64,000 nucleotides of DNA from Escherichia coli (GTDB lineage Bacteria > Pseudomonadota > Gammaproteobacteria > Enterobacterales > Enterobacteriaceae): NCBI RefSeq assembly GCF_024700885.2, contig NZ_CP117014.1. One strand, given 5' to 3'. The notes under the pieces are model-generated. The model did no database searches, was not told the DNA's origin, and worked only from the letters and a program-made list of their open reading frames with translations. Both the position numbers and the translations under genes were made by a program. This document shows positions 51,753-61,900 of the stretch, piece after piece (the stretch's first letter is position 1; each line of letters opens with the position of its first letter).

Positions 51753-51778
51753 GAGAGATAAACGTTGGTTTGGGAGAA
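51753..51778. other. cixL crossover site
   Basis: Reverse complement TTCTCCCAAACCAACGTTTATCTCTC; the first 14 nt are identical to the site at 53584, in inverted orientation. Confidence 0.8.
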
Positions 51779-52123
51779 GCGGCAAAACGGAATGTGGGCA
51801 CAGGAGATAATCAGATACCGGATATGGGAGCATTCGCTTCTGGTTCGGGATGGTTCAGGCTACCAGGTGGATATATTGTTCAGTTTGGCACTTTTTCAGG
51901 AAACACGACCCGCTTTATCAGTGGACACTTCCCTATACCATTCCCTAATCGGCCGATGGTTTCAGTCAGTGTTATGTCTGATGCCGTTCAGTCAGACCCG
52001 TCGAATCCTGCCCCGCATGTTTTGTCTGTAAATTTTGAACATATCAGTAATTCAGCGTGGCGTGTGGCAACCAGTGATATCTCACAGCAATACAGATTCA
52101 GTTATATTTCGATAGGATGGTAG
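51770..52123 (+). CDS. alternative tail-fibre C-terminal segment Sv' (silent orientation)
   Basis: Reading frame continues from cixL as [21 protein letters not shown]...; it has no start of its own and would fuse to Sc after inversion. Confidence 0.7.
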   Translation: MGEAAKRNVGTGDNQIPDMGAFASGSGWFRLPGGYIVQFGTFSGNTTRFISGHFPIPFPNRPMVSVSVMSDAVQSDPSNPAPHVLSVNFEHISNSAWRVATSDISQQYRFSYISIGW

Positions 52124-52125
52124 AA

Positions 52126-52566
52126 ATGCAGAAATATATTTTCAGTGCCGATAAAAATGCGTTTTTCCCTGTGGAGCTTAAAATCGCTTATCAGGAATCC
52201 GGCGAATGGCCCGATGATGGAATCGAAATTGACGACACTGTTGCTGCCGAATTTATGAAGGAAGCACCAGAAGGAAAATACAGAGGTGTCATCGACGGAA
52301 TGCCTGCATGGATTGATATTCCACCGCCAACTCATGAGGAACAAATTGCCGCAGCCGAACTGAAAAAGCAGCAATTGATTAATCAGGTCAACGAATACAT
52401 AAACAGTAAGCAATGGCCTGGTAAAGCGGCGATTGGTCGCCTGAAAGGTGAGGAACTGGTGCAATATAATTTGTGGCTGGATTATCTGGACGCACTGGAA
52501 CTGGTCGATACTTCCAGTGCGCCAGATATTGAATGGCCTACGCCTCCGGCAGTTCAGGCCAGATGA
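52126..52566 (+). CDS. tail-fibre assembly protein U' (silent orientation)
   Basis: 146 aa; MQKYIFSADKNAFFP and C-terminal W..YLDAL..VDTS.AP.I.WP are typical Tfa motifs. Confidence 0.75.
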   Translation: MQKYIFSADKNAFFPVELKIAYQESGEWPDDGIEIDDTVAAEFMKEAPEGKYRGVIDGMPAWIDIPPPTHEEQIAAAELKKQQLINQVNEYINSKQWPGKAAIGRLKGEELVQYNLWLDYLDALELVDTSSAPDIEWPTPPAVQAR

Positions 52567-53131
52567 CATCAGGCGCGGTGCTGGTATCTGTTGCCTCCAC
52601 CGCGTCAATGTAATCCAGCACAGCGTTAAGTCGGGTGGTTTCTGCCTGCGTCAGCTTCCGCCCGGCCCGTAATTTCAGCTGAATCAGACTGATGGAAGCC
52701 ATTGCAGCATCAATCAGCGACTGGCGCTTTACTTCTGCCGCGTCTAGTGCGGCGCTATGCTGTGCCTCGGTATCCGTCACCCATTTCTCACCATCCCATT
52801 TATCGTATGGCGTTAACGGTGAAAGCGTGACATAACCGTCTTTGATGGCACCGATATAATCCACTGTAACAGCTGCGCCATTTTCTGTTGAGTAAACAGT
52901 CTCATTGCGATGGTCTTCTTCATGGCTCCATCCCTTACCCGTAAATACTGCCACTCTTCCCGGAATGTATTCGCCCGGGTCAATACCAGTGGAACAGGCG
53001 GGCATACTTACGCCAGTATTAATATATTCATCAGACCAGCCAGTATATTCATACGTAACTGCCTCATAATAAAAACAACGCATATTACCCGGTACTGTAG
53101 CCAGCCCATTTTCATCAAAAACAGGTTTCAT
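52538..53131 (-). CDS. U: tail-fibre assembly protein U
   Basis: 197 aa; C-terminal LNAVLDYIDAVEATDTSTAPDVIWPELP Tfa motif; ATGA overlap with the S stop. Confidence 0.75.
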   Translation of the reverse strand: MKPVFDENGLATVPGNMRCFYYEAVTYEYTGWSDEYINTGVSMPACSTGIDPGEYIPGRVAVFTGKGWSHEEDHRNETVYSTENGAAVTVDYIGAIKDGYVTLSPLTPYDKWDGEKWVTDTEAQHSAALDAAEVKRQSLIDAAMASISLIQLKLRAGRKLTQAETTRLNAVLDYIDAVEATDTSTAPDVIWPELPEA

Positions 53132-55740
53132 TATGCAGCCCTCACAATATAATTAAAGGCGATGTTACGTGGACGGTTTTCATTAGCTGTTGGCACGACA
53201 CGAGAGGCGTCGAATCCAAGGTCATCGGTTTTGCCTATATCAGTTGTGTTATTCGGCATTCTCGCTGATCGTGTTCCTGCATCGTAAAAAGCCCCTCTGA
53301 TTGCATCAAAAGACATACCGATCCCGCCATCTGCGAATCCCTCAATATTTCTTATTGCATCCCCCTGTGAAGATAATAATTGTCGCCCGGCATCCACTCC
53401 ACGTCCGTCATCCCAGCCACGAATAAATTCACCGCGTAAATCAGGCAATTTATTTGTCGGATAAACCTTTGCCAGTTCCGGGTATTCTTCAGCAGAAAAA
53501 GCCGCACCGTTGCATTTCAGCCAGCCTGTTGGCGGAGTGGCGGAAGGCCACGGAACAGGCACACCAACGGGTAATGCCGAACCTTCTCCCAAACCAAGGT
53601 AATTGAGGACATCTTTTATACTGCCCTTAGCGATAATAGCGCGACCAATAGCTGTAAGGGTTGTCAGCGCTGCGCGGTCTGCTCCGGTAAAATAAGGCAA
53701 CCGATCTGCTGCAGTGGCAAGTCCTGCCAGAGCAGTGAGCGTGGCATCTGCCGGTTGTTTTCCGTTTGCCAGATCGTATGCAGCCTTGACAGCTTTCGGT
53801 GTAGCGGCCAGCACTTCAGACGTGCTGTTAGTGGCACTACTGAGCTGAGTGATGCCTTTCGCTGTCAATGAAGCTGTTGGCACACCAGTGATCTGATTCC
53901 AGGGATGTATATGATTGGATGGTGCCTTTCCGGCTGCTAGATCGTATGCAGCTTTAACCGCTTTTGGAGTTGCAGCTAATGTTTCAGAAGTGCTGTTGGT
54001 GTCGCTACTGAGCTGAACTATCCCTTTTTGTGTCGTGGTTGCATCCTGGGCTGTGTACTTCCCGTTAGCCAGGTCATATGCAGCCTTGACAGCTTTCGGT
54101 GTAGCGGCCAGCACTTCAGACGTGCTGTTAGTGGCACTACTGAGCTGAGTGATGCCTTTCGCTGTCAATGAAGCTGTTGGCACACCAGTGATCTGATTCC
54201 AGGGATGTATATGATTGGATGGTGCCTTTCCGGCTGCTAGATCGTATGCAGCTTTAACCGCTTTTGGAGTTGCAGCTAATGTTTCAGAAGTGCTGTTGGT
54301 GTCGCTACTGAGCTGAACTATCCCTTTTTGTGTCGTGGTTGCATCCTGGGCTGTGTACTTCCCGTTAGCCAGGTCATATGCAGCCTTGACAGCTTTCGGT
54401 GTAGCGGCCAGCACTTCAGACGTGCTGTTAGTGGCACTACTGAGCTGAGTGATGCCTTTCGCTGTCAATGAAGCTGTTGGCACACCAGTGATCTGATTCC
54501 AGGGATGTATATGATTGGATGGTGCCTTTCCGGCTGCTAGATCGTATGCAGCTTTAACCGCTTTTGGAGTTGCAGCTAATGTTTCAGAAGTGCTGTTGGT
54601 GTCGCTACTGAGCTGAACTATCCCTTTTTGTGTCGTGGTTGCATCCTGGGCTGTGTACTTCCCGTTAGCCAGGTCATATGCAGCCTTGACAGCTTTCGGT
54701 GTAGCGGCCAGCACTTCAGACGTGCTGTTAGTGGCACTACTGAGCTGAGTGATGCCTTTCGCTGTCAATGAAGCTGTTGGCACACCAGTGATCTGATTCC
54801 AGGGATGTATATGATTGGATGGTGCCTTTCCGGCTGCTAGATCGTATGCAGCTTTAACCGCTTTTGGAGTTGCAGCTAATGTTTCAGAAGTGCTGTTGGT
54901 GTCGCTACTGAGCTGAACTATCCCTTTTTGTGTCGTGGTTGCATCCTGGGCTGTGTACTTCCCGTTAGCCAGGTCATATGCAGCCTTGACAGCTTTCGGT
55001 GTAGCGGCCAGCACTTCAGACGTGCTGTTAGTGGCACTACTGAGCTGAGTGATGCCTTTCGCTGTCAATGAAGCTGTTGGCACACCAGTGATCTGATTCC
55101 AGGGATGTATATGATTGGATGGTGCCTTTCCGGCTGCTAGATCGTATGCAGCCTTGACAGCTTTCGGTGTAGCCGCTTTTCTTTCTTCTGTACTGCTTAT
55201 TTCATTAGAGAATTCGACACCAACAGCCCGGTTAACCCGGTATTTAAGCACAATCATTTCTTTAGTCACAGCCGTTGCGCCGCTAGGCACGATAACTCGA
55301 CATAATTCAATTTGATTCTGCCCAATAGTATTGTCCGTACGCGCGTAAATTCTTGCAGCACTGACAGAAGATGCGCTATCTACCTGTGTCGTTTTTACAC
55401 CATGTTCAAAATTGGCTTCCAGCACAATAATGTTGGTAGCCCCTGCCTTTACCGAGACAGTCACATCTTCTATTTGCTGAACGGATATCTGAACATTATT
55501 TACATCTACTGAAGCAGCCCCTTTACCTTCGGAGTTTTCAGAAGTTATGCGGACACTCAACCCTGTGCCGGGAACCGGTTCAAATCCACAGTAAAAGCCA
55601 GGCAAAACAATATTTTTTAGTTTTCTGTTAAGAGCCAGACTACTATAGAGTTCGAAATATTGAACATCAGCAAGCAACGACTGTGAGACACCAGAGGATA
55701 GTGTCATTATGTTGTTCGTTTTATCAGCCCCCATAATCAA
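53131..55740 (-). CDS. S: tail fibre protein S (Sc plus currently expressed Sv)
   Basis: 869 aa; repeated AATPKAVKAAYDLA / LSS.TNSTSE fibre motifs; cixR is embedded at the YLGLGEG junction. Confidence 0.85.
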   Translation of the reverse strand: MIMGADKTNNIMTLSSGVSQSLLADVQYFELYSSLALNRKLKNIVLPGFYCGFEPVPGTGLSVRITSENSEGKGAASVDVNNVQISVQQIEDVTVSVKAGATNIIVLEANFEHGVKTTQVDSASSVSAARIYARTDNTIGQNQIELCRVIVPSGATAVTKEMIVLKYRVNRAVGVEFSNEISSTEERKAATPKAVKAAYDLAAGKAPSNHIHPWNQITGVPTASLTAKGITQLSSATNSTSEVLAATPKAVKAAYDLANGKYTAQDATTTQKGIVQLSSDTNSTSETLAATPKAVKAAYDLAAGKAPSNHIHPWNQITGVPTASLTAKGITQLSSATNSTSEVLAATPKAVKAAYDLANGKYTAQDATTTQKGIVQLSSDTNSTSETLAATPKAVKAAYDLAAGKAPSNHIHPWNQITGVPTASLTAKGITQLSSATNSTSEVLAATPKAVKAAYDLANGKYTAQDATTTQKGIVQLSSDTNSTSETLAATPKAVKAAYDLAAGKAPSNHIHPWNQITGVPTASLTAKGITQLSSATNSTSEVLAATPKAVKAAYDLANGKYTAQDATTTQKGIVQLSSDTNSTSETLAATPKAVKAAYDLAAGKAPSNHIHPWNQITGVPTASLTAKGITQLSSATNSTSEVLAATPKAVKAAYDLANGKQPADATLTALAGLATAADRLPYFTGADRAALTTLTAIGRAIIAKGSIKDVLNYLGLGEGSALPVGVPVPWPSATPPTGWLKCNGAAFSAEEYPELAKVYPTNKLPDLRGEFIRGWDDGRGVDAGRQLLSSQGDAIRNIEGFADGGIGMSFDAIRGAFYDAGTRSARMPNNTTDIGKTDDLGFDASRVVPTANENRPRNIAFNYIVRAA
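53584..53609. other. cixR crossover site
   Basis: TTCTCCCAAACCAAGGTAATTGAGGA inside S. Confidence 0.75.
53781..55151. repeat. perfect 300-bp tandem repeat, about 4.6 copies, inside S
   Basis: 60-nt sequence lines at 53821/54121/54421/54721/55021 (and the following lines) are letter-identical; each unit encodes 100 aa made of two diverged sub-repeats of 56 and 44 aa. Confidence 0.95.
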
Positions 55741-56183
55741 CCCTCAACTTGCTCGATTGTCATGAGAATACTGTAACGTTTACCTTTATAGAGGGTATCT
55801 TGCTGGGTGCAAAGCACACCAAAAGCCTGTTCCTCAGCATCAACAAGCACAAGCGTGTTAAAGTCGTAAGGCGTGTTATCCGGCATTCTTTCTTGAGGGA
55901 AGGCTGCATTGATCGTGATAATCCCATCCACGCTGGACAATATCAGATCGGACACAGCAAACTGTTGAGCGCCACTCAATTTAAAATCGAGCGGAATGTC
56001 CGCTATATTCCAGCCTCCTGCACCATTAGCAGTTACCAGACTAGATTTGCACCAATACGCCTTAGAGATAACAAAACGCGCACCTTTGCCGATCGCCGAC
56101 TCTGCGCGGCGTGAATAATAGTAGGAAAGTAATTGCGCCTTATACAGGCGGTTACCATCTCTTGCCTTTAAATTTTCAGCCAT
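55737..56183 (-). CDS. R: tail-fibre-associated protein R
   Basis: 148 aa; overlaps the S start; P1 order S-R-16. Confidence 0.5.
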   Translation of the reverse strand: MAENLKARDGNRLYKAQLLSYYYSRRAESAIGKGARFVISKAYWCKSSLVTANGAGGWNIADIPLDFKLSGAQQFAVSDLILSSVDGIITINAAFPQERMPDNTPYDFNTLVLVDAEEQAFGVLCTQQDTLYKGKRYSILMTIEQVEG

Positions 56184-56277
56184 ACGAACATAGCCCCTTC
56201 ATAAGCAATGAACCAAAGGAGAGTATGCTCAGTTTGTGATTTCCGTTGTTCTTCCCCCAAATGCGGGGGAAGAATTA

Positions 56278-57123
56278 TTAAACAGATTGAAGGTGGTAAT
56301 CCAAAGGCCACGCATCGAGTGGGGTTACATCAAGATGTAATTGCTTTTCTGCCGTTCGGTTCGGTATGGCATTAAGAGAAATATTGTCTGCCTGGCAGGA
56401 GGTATCACTACGGGATAGCATATCAGCCATACTCTCAGTAACATAAACACCTTCAATTACCGAAACATCCGTAGACAGGTAATTTAATATTTCTGCCACT
56501 TCAGGGAATACAGCACTAAGCCGAAACGAGACGCCATCAAAAACAATATGCAATGGCAACAAAGGGGCTATTACTGTTTCGAAGTCAGATAACAATTTCT
56601 GCACAGCGGCTTCTTTATCCTGCTCTCCATATGAGCGATATAGCTTGTTCTGATCAACAACGACCAGCCCCCTTGATGTCAGGAAGAGCTCACCGAATTG
56701 AGCCTGTGCCGTAGGTATTTCTATTTCGGTCGCAAAATATGAACCATAGGGGTGTTTTTCTATATTTACAGGTGCATACAGCGGTTCCCAACTAACAGGA
56801 ATACAACCGAATTCACGCCAGAATGTCTGCTCAATAGGCAAGATAGTACCTTTAAAGTGCACTTCATCTAAACGCTGCGCCAGAAGCATTGGCCTACGGG
56901 CATTATCTTTTTCAGTGATAACGAAAAAACGCCCGTATTCAGCAATGCGGGCATCCATATCCTCACTGTCCATAGTGAAGAAGGATTTTCTGTTACTTAT
57001 TCTTGTTAATATTGGTTCTACTGCCTCATTCCAGACATCCTGTAAAGCGTCTATAAATGCACTCCAGAGATGTGAATCCTGTTTTACTTTAGTTAATCGT
57101 TCCTTAAGCCAATTATCTTTCAT
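56278..57123 (-). CDS. 16: baseplate/tail-fibre attachment protein (gp16 position)
   Basis: 281 aa; positional match to P1 gene 16. Confidence 0.45.
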   Translation of the reverse strand: MKDNWLKERLTKVKQDSHLWSAFIDALQDVWNEAVEPILTRISNRKSFFTMDSEDMDARIAEYGRFFVITEKDNARRPMLLAQRLDEVHFKGTILPIEQTFWREFGCIPVSWEPLYAPVNIEKHPYGSYFATEIEIPTAQAQFGELFLTSRGLVVVDQNKLYRSYGEQDKEAAVQKLLSDFETVIAPLLPLHIVFDGVSFRLSAVFPEVAEILNYLSTDVSVIEGVYVTESMADMLSRSDTSCQADNISLNAIPNRTAEKQLHLDVTPLDAWPLDYHLQSV

Positions 57124-57133
57124 GCTAACCTCA

Positions 57134-58564
57134 TTACGGGTAAGAAATGCTGAACGTTGAAGATTTTACGTTAAGATAAATGAAGTCATTAAAGTAAACA
57201 GCATCTTTCATATTTTGTATTGTTATGTCGTAAGACAGAAACATATCCAGAGACTCTATTACTCGCCAAATATCTTTAACTTTTACCTGTGCATAACATT
57301 GCTGGGAATCATCATCACTCTGTAGTAATAAACTGAATGATGACGAATCACGGCCAAAATTATCTTCCAACGCTGCTTTAATAGCATTTTGAGCATCGTC
57401 TATCAGAACATTTTTACGTGCAATACCTATAAATTTTATAGTAAATGGCTGTTCATTTGTATCTACATACTCGAACCGCTTGTTCAACTCATTTGGAACA
57501 TTCTCTAGAGCTTTCAGTATTTCTGATTTTAGCTGAGCCTGGCTTACACCCGGCTTATGTCCGCAAAAGAAAATTTTGTTGATGTTTCGAACGTCAAACC
57601 CAGTTATTTTCTCTTGTAACGCTTCGCCCCAAACGTTCAACCATGAAGTTCCATGAACAACATTCTGAATGAATTGGCGATAATCACCGCCCCATACCAC
57701 TTGTTCATCGTATGCAACATAATACTGAGCACGATTTCGAGTTTCTTCTGTAGTTTCCATACCACTACCACCGGTAATGATCGAATCAGTTTTAAACTCT
57801 AGTGACTCCGCATATTGAGCGATATTTCCAGCCGGTTCTAACTTTTGTCCTTCAGCCAAAGTATAGTCGCCAAGGCTAGCCATAACATCGATTCGAACCT
57901 GACAGCCTGCTGGAGGCATCATACCCATAGAACCATCACCAAACTTGACTCCAAGTTGTTCTGTAGGTTTATATGCCAATGAATAGTGCTTACTCTTGTC
58001 TCTGGACATTCTAAATAATGGGTTATATGTCCATTTTTCTTCTACTCCATCTGTAATAACATAAACATCCAGGCTAGAGACTTCTTTTGTTAACTCTCTG
58101 GAAAGCAACAATGTCAGAAATAAAGTTTCCTTCTCAATATCAAATGTAATGCTAACAGCTTCATGCTGTTTAGTTTCTACGCCAGAAACAGTTCCTCCAG
58201 CAGGAATTACAACACTGTTAATAATTGCCAAAGGTGTTTGGTCATTGGCAAGCAATTCAGCCCCGGCTGGTAACGTAATATCCCGATCAGTTTTATTGGT
58301 TATAGACGTTGTTCCGTATGAAGCACTAACAAATCGCCCTACGTAGCTACGGTCTTCAGCAACCGCTAAAATACTTGAGCGACGCGTTGCCGTTGAAATA
58401 AGTCCCTCAGTGAGGCCGCGGCTTGCAAATGTACGGGCAATATAAATAAGCTGCGCTCCGAATATAGCGTGCATCTGCACAAACTGACTATTTACAAATC
58501 GTGACCACCATGTGTTTTCGTTTAACTTGGCGTTAAATTTGTCCAGTAATTCTGTAATCGTCAC
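57134..58564 (-). CDS. bplA: baseplate protein (BplA position, gpJ-like)
   Basis: 476 aa; overlaps the upstream gene by 4 nt; positional. Confidence 0.5.
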   Translation of the reverse strand: MTITELLDKFNAKLNENTWWSRFVNSQFVQMHAIFGAQLIYIARTFASRGLTEGLISTATRRSSILAVAEDRSYVGRFVSASYGTTSITNKTDRDITLPAGAELLANDQTPLAIINSVVIPAGGTVSGVETKQHEAVSITFDIEKETLFLTLLLSRELTKEVSSLDVYVITDGVEEKWTYNPLFRMSRDKSKHYSLAYKPTEQLGVKFGDGSMGMMPPAGCQVRIDVMASLGDYTLAEGQKLEPAGNIAQYAESLEFKTDSIITGGSGMETTEETRNRAQYYVAYDEQVVWGGDYRQFIQNVVHGTSWLNVWGEALQEKITGFDVRNINKIFFCGHKPGVSQAQLKSEILKALENVPNELNKRFEYVDTNEQPFTIKFIGIARKNVLIDDAQNAIKAALEDNFGRDSSSFSLLLQSDDDSQQCYAQVKVKDIWRVIESLDMFLSYDITIQNMKDAVYFNDFIYLNVKSSTFSISYP

Positions 58565-58935
58565 GCGCCCACCCCACTTGATTTCTGCATAACAATATCC
58601 ATGCTCCCACCTTTCGCATAAAAACTAATTAATAAAGAATCTTCAGAAATTGATGTGCAACGAATCCCCTGCACATCCAAACCTGGCAAGTCTTGTCGTA
58701 GTTTTTTCATCATTCTCCCTTCAATAGCCACTTCAACTATGTGCGAAGTTTCAGAGCCGAATGGTTCATGCTTAAATTCTTCCATTGGACTCCCCCAAGA
58801 GGGTAAACCATAAACACTCCCTTCAGGGGTTCGTAGCCACTCGTCAAGTCGGGCCATCCATGCTGCGGTACTTCCTTCTGCAATAATGACACCGCTCTCA
58901 TTCGTTTGAAGTCTTGCGTCTATTTCGTAAAGCAT
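58561..58935 (-). CDS. pmgA: small baseplate protein (PmgA position, gp25/GPW-like)
   Basis: 124 aa directly after the sit-position gene; size typical of a baseplate wedge subunit. Confidence 0.4.
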   Translation of the reverse strand: MLYEIDARLQTNESGVIIAEGSTAAWMARLDEWLRTPEGSVYGLPSWGSPMEEFKHEPFGSETSHIVEVAIEGRMMKKLRQDLPGLDVQGIRCTSISEDSLLISFYAKGGSMDIVMQKSSGVGA

Positions 58936-58940
58936 CAGTA

Positions 58941-61900
58941 TTAATCCTCAAGCAGAGCATCCAGCGACTGGTCATTAATAGTTGTGCTCGCACGTGGTCG
59001 CGGCTGCGGCTGCGATGTTTTGACAACATTATCCGGATCGCCTTTTGTATTGTTCTTGTTCACATTCAGCAGATCGTTCAGGATAGAGCAGATGTTATCC
59101 AGCGCCTTCAACATAGCAGGATCGTTATTTATAGTGTCAGTAGTTAATGGTTGTCTTATTCCGCTTCGTGCGAGATCGGTTACAGTAGGGAGTTGTGGCG
59201 GCATAGCAAGAAAAGGTTCTTGCACAGCTGAAGCAGAGCCAAATATGGCGTTATTGGCACCAGTTGCTATTCCCCTAATGCTATTAGCGGTTTGTTGAAT
59301 CCCCCCATTCAGCCAGTCTCCAACATTTCTTGTTAATGGGCTAATAGCTCGCGCAATCGCACTATTCTGCCCAGTAGACTGCATTACAAGATCGTTCAAT
59401 ATCCCTGTACTATCAATCCCCCCAACAAGTCGTGAAAGGTTATCGCCAACGGCAGGAATTACTGCGGTTCCTGTCTGTTTAAGCCCTGACACCGTGGAAT
59501 CAAATAGCGAACCAAAGAAGCTCTTATCCTCACCTGTAACCACCTTGTAGCCGTTGTCATAAATCTGCACATCACTTGGTGCCGTGATAGTTCGTTTTCC
59601 AGAGGTAACTACTGGCGCAGCTCCCGCCATAGCCTGGCTGATTGCTAGAGCCTGCTCCTGCTGTGGAGTTTTCGGAGTAGAAGGGGATACTTGATCTCCC
59701 GGAAGTAGATCAATGATTTCTGTATCGTGATTAACAGTGCGTTTTTGTTGTATGGCTGTTGCGATATCAGCCACTTGAGAAGCTTTTTTAAATCCAAAAG
59801 ATTTACCGGTTAAGCCGGATATCTTTTCAGTAAGAGCCTGATCCATTCCTTTCGCTTTTTCGGAAAGCGAAGATATAGAACCAAACGAAGTAGCCAACGC
59901 AAAATCCTTTACCAGGTCCAGACTTGTTCCAGCAAGGCTGGTAGCCGCGCCGCCAAATAAATTACTTGCACCACTGATTCCGCTTTCATTTATTGCGATT
60001 AACCGCTCAAGCAAACTCGATGGAGAGCCGGTATTAACATCAGCGTTCTCTGGATTAATCGGTTGTGGTTGGTTACCTGTTTTTTGTGGCTTTTTGACTG
60101 CCTGGGCATGTTGTGCAACCTCAATTGGCTGTTGTGTTGCTGTCGGAACGGCATTCAAAACTGGTTGAGCTGGAGATTTTCCATTAGCATATTTTACCTT
60201 GCGACCAACACTATATTGCGAATCGCGGGCAATTAGCTGACCACCATTTTCTTTCTGAATTTTATTAATCCGCGCCAAGGTTTCGTCAGAGAATTGCCCC
60301 TCCCATCGACCAGTGTTTGTGTTAAATGCTCCAAGTGCGTTCTTAATGAACTCATTATTAACTGCCGGATTTCCGCCTTCTTTCGTCGCAATTGCACGAA
60401 CTAATTGCGTCATAACCTCTGGTTTGCTGACATCTATTTTTTCATTAGGCGATACACCAAGATATTTACTGACGTTATCAATATATTGGTTAGTATTGTT
60501 CTCATTTGGCGGTGCCCATTTTGAAATGATGCTGGATACCGTCTGTAACTTCTGATATCCCGCTGCGGCACTGGTGCCGTTGTAATAGCTGGAAACCTGG
60601 TTTGCCAGTGCCCTGATCCCTTCTTCAGGTGTGTTAAATCGCGCAAAACGTTGTTCACCTTTTGCATTTGGCGATTCCAGCGTCGCCCCTTCCTGGTTGG
60701 CAAAAACAAGATTGCCGAGATTATTATTTCGGTAATTGCGGTTTTTAGCGTTGCTGCCGCCAATATTCAGATCCGCTGCAATGGTGTTGTTGGCAGGTGC
60801 ACTAAATTCAGTTGGAGAAGTATACCCGTGCTCACCAACTCCATCCTCGCCATTACGCCCACCTTGTAATTGTTCACCTAGAGAATGAATCGCATCGACA
60901 GTTTTTTTGGTGCCGTCTTCAACAGCTTTTTTTACTTGTTTCGTGTTTTCGTCAGTGGATAAAAATGTATCCTTAAGGCTACCAAAAACAGATTTGGTGA
61001 TATCTACCGCGCCGTTAACACCACGAGCAATATCTCCGGTATCAAAATTCTGAAGTTTTTCACCTGCTCTTTCAAATCCTAGCGCAGAAATTCCTTTCCC
61101 TATCAAGTTCGTTGCGCCCGACACCAAGCCCCCCATATCGAGCACATTAGCTGTTGCGTAAGCCGTTTTTTGCTGTTCGGATACAGCATTATCGTCACTT
61201 AATCCAAAGGCTGCCTTTTGCGCCTCTGTATCTGTGTAACCATCTATGGCGTCATATCCAGCCATTGCCAGCGAACCGATGATAGGGACCGCTCTTGCCG
61301 CTGTGGATGCTGCTGATTTAACACCTATTTTTGCAGCACTTTTGAGGGCTACAGATTCAGTTTTTTTCTTTGCAATGGCTTCGCCGGTTTTAATGGTGGC
61401 ATCTTCAGCCACAACACCAGCTGACTTCACGGCCTTAGCAGTATTTTTTGTTTCCTTTGCAATCCCCTTTGATGTATCGCTGATAGTGCTTACATCTTTG
61501 GGTTTGCTGATCTTATTTTTAACTACTTTTGCTGCTCCGACACCAGTGCCAGCCGCAGCGCTACCGGCAGCAACTTTTTCGCCAGCGGAGAGTGCTTTTT
61601 TCCCAAGATTGCGTCCTTTCCTTTTCGATTTGTTCCGTTTATTTTTTCCCGTCTGATCACCAATATTGATTTTATTTCTTCTGCTTGCTCGATTTTTCCA
61701 GAGATCACTTAAGCCGAACTTATTTCCAGAAGACACTGATTTCCGAAGCTTAACTATCTCGTCAGAAACATTTTCCAGACCATCAATTATTTCGTTGTCA
61801 TTGGTCTGAAGGATTTTGGTTTGCTCTTCTACTGCTTGTGCGGATTTTGTCTCAACAGCGTTATTGAACGCTTTTGCAGATGTTGCTTTTTGAGAATTCA

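Larger units (their letters stand above)
51753..53609. other. invertible tail-fibre (C-like) segment
   Basis: About 1.86 kb between inverted cix sites, containing Sv' and U' (plus strand) and U and Sv (minus strand). Confidence 0.75.

Noticed and set aside
51699-51833. 45-codon N-terminal extension of cin
   Set aside because: It reads through the cixL site and the Sv' junction. Serine invertases start at MLIGYIRVS.
53781-55151. Tail-fibre tandem repeat as a mobile element or CRISPR-like array
   Set aside because: The repeat is in frame within one long ORF and encodes canonical fibre-shaft motifs. There are no spacers and no terminal inverted repeats.
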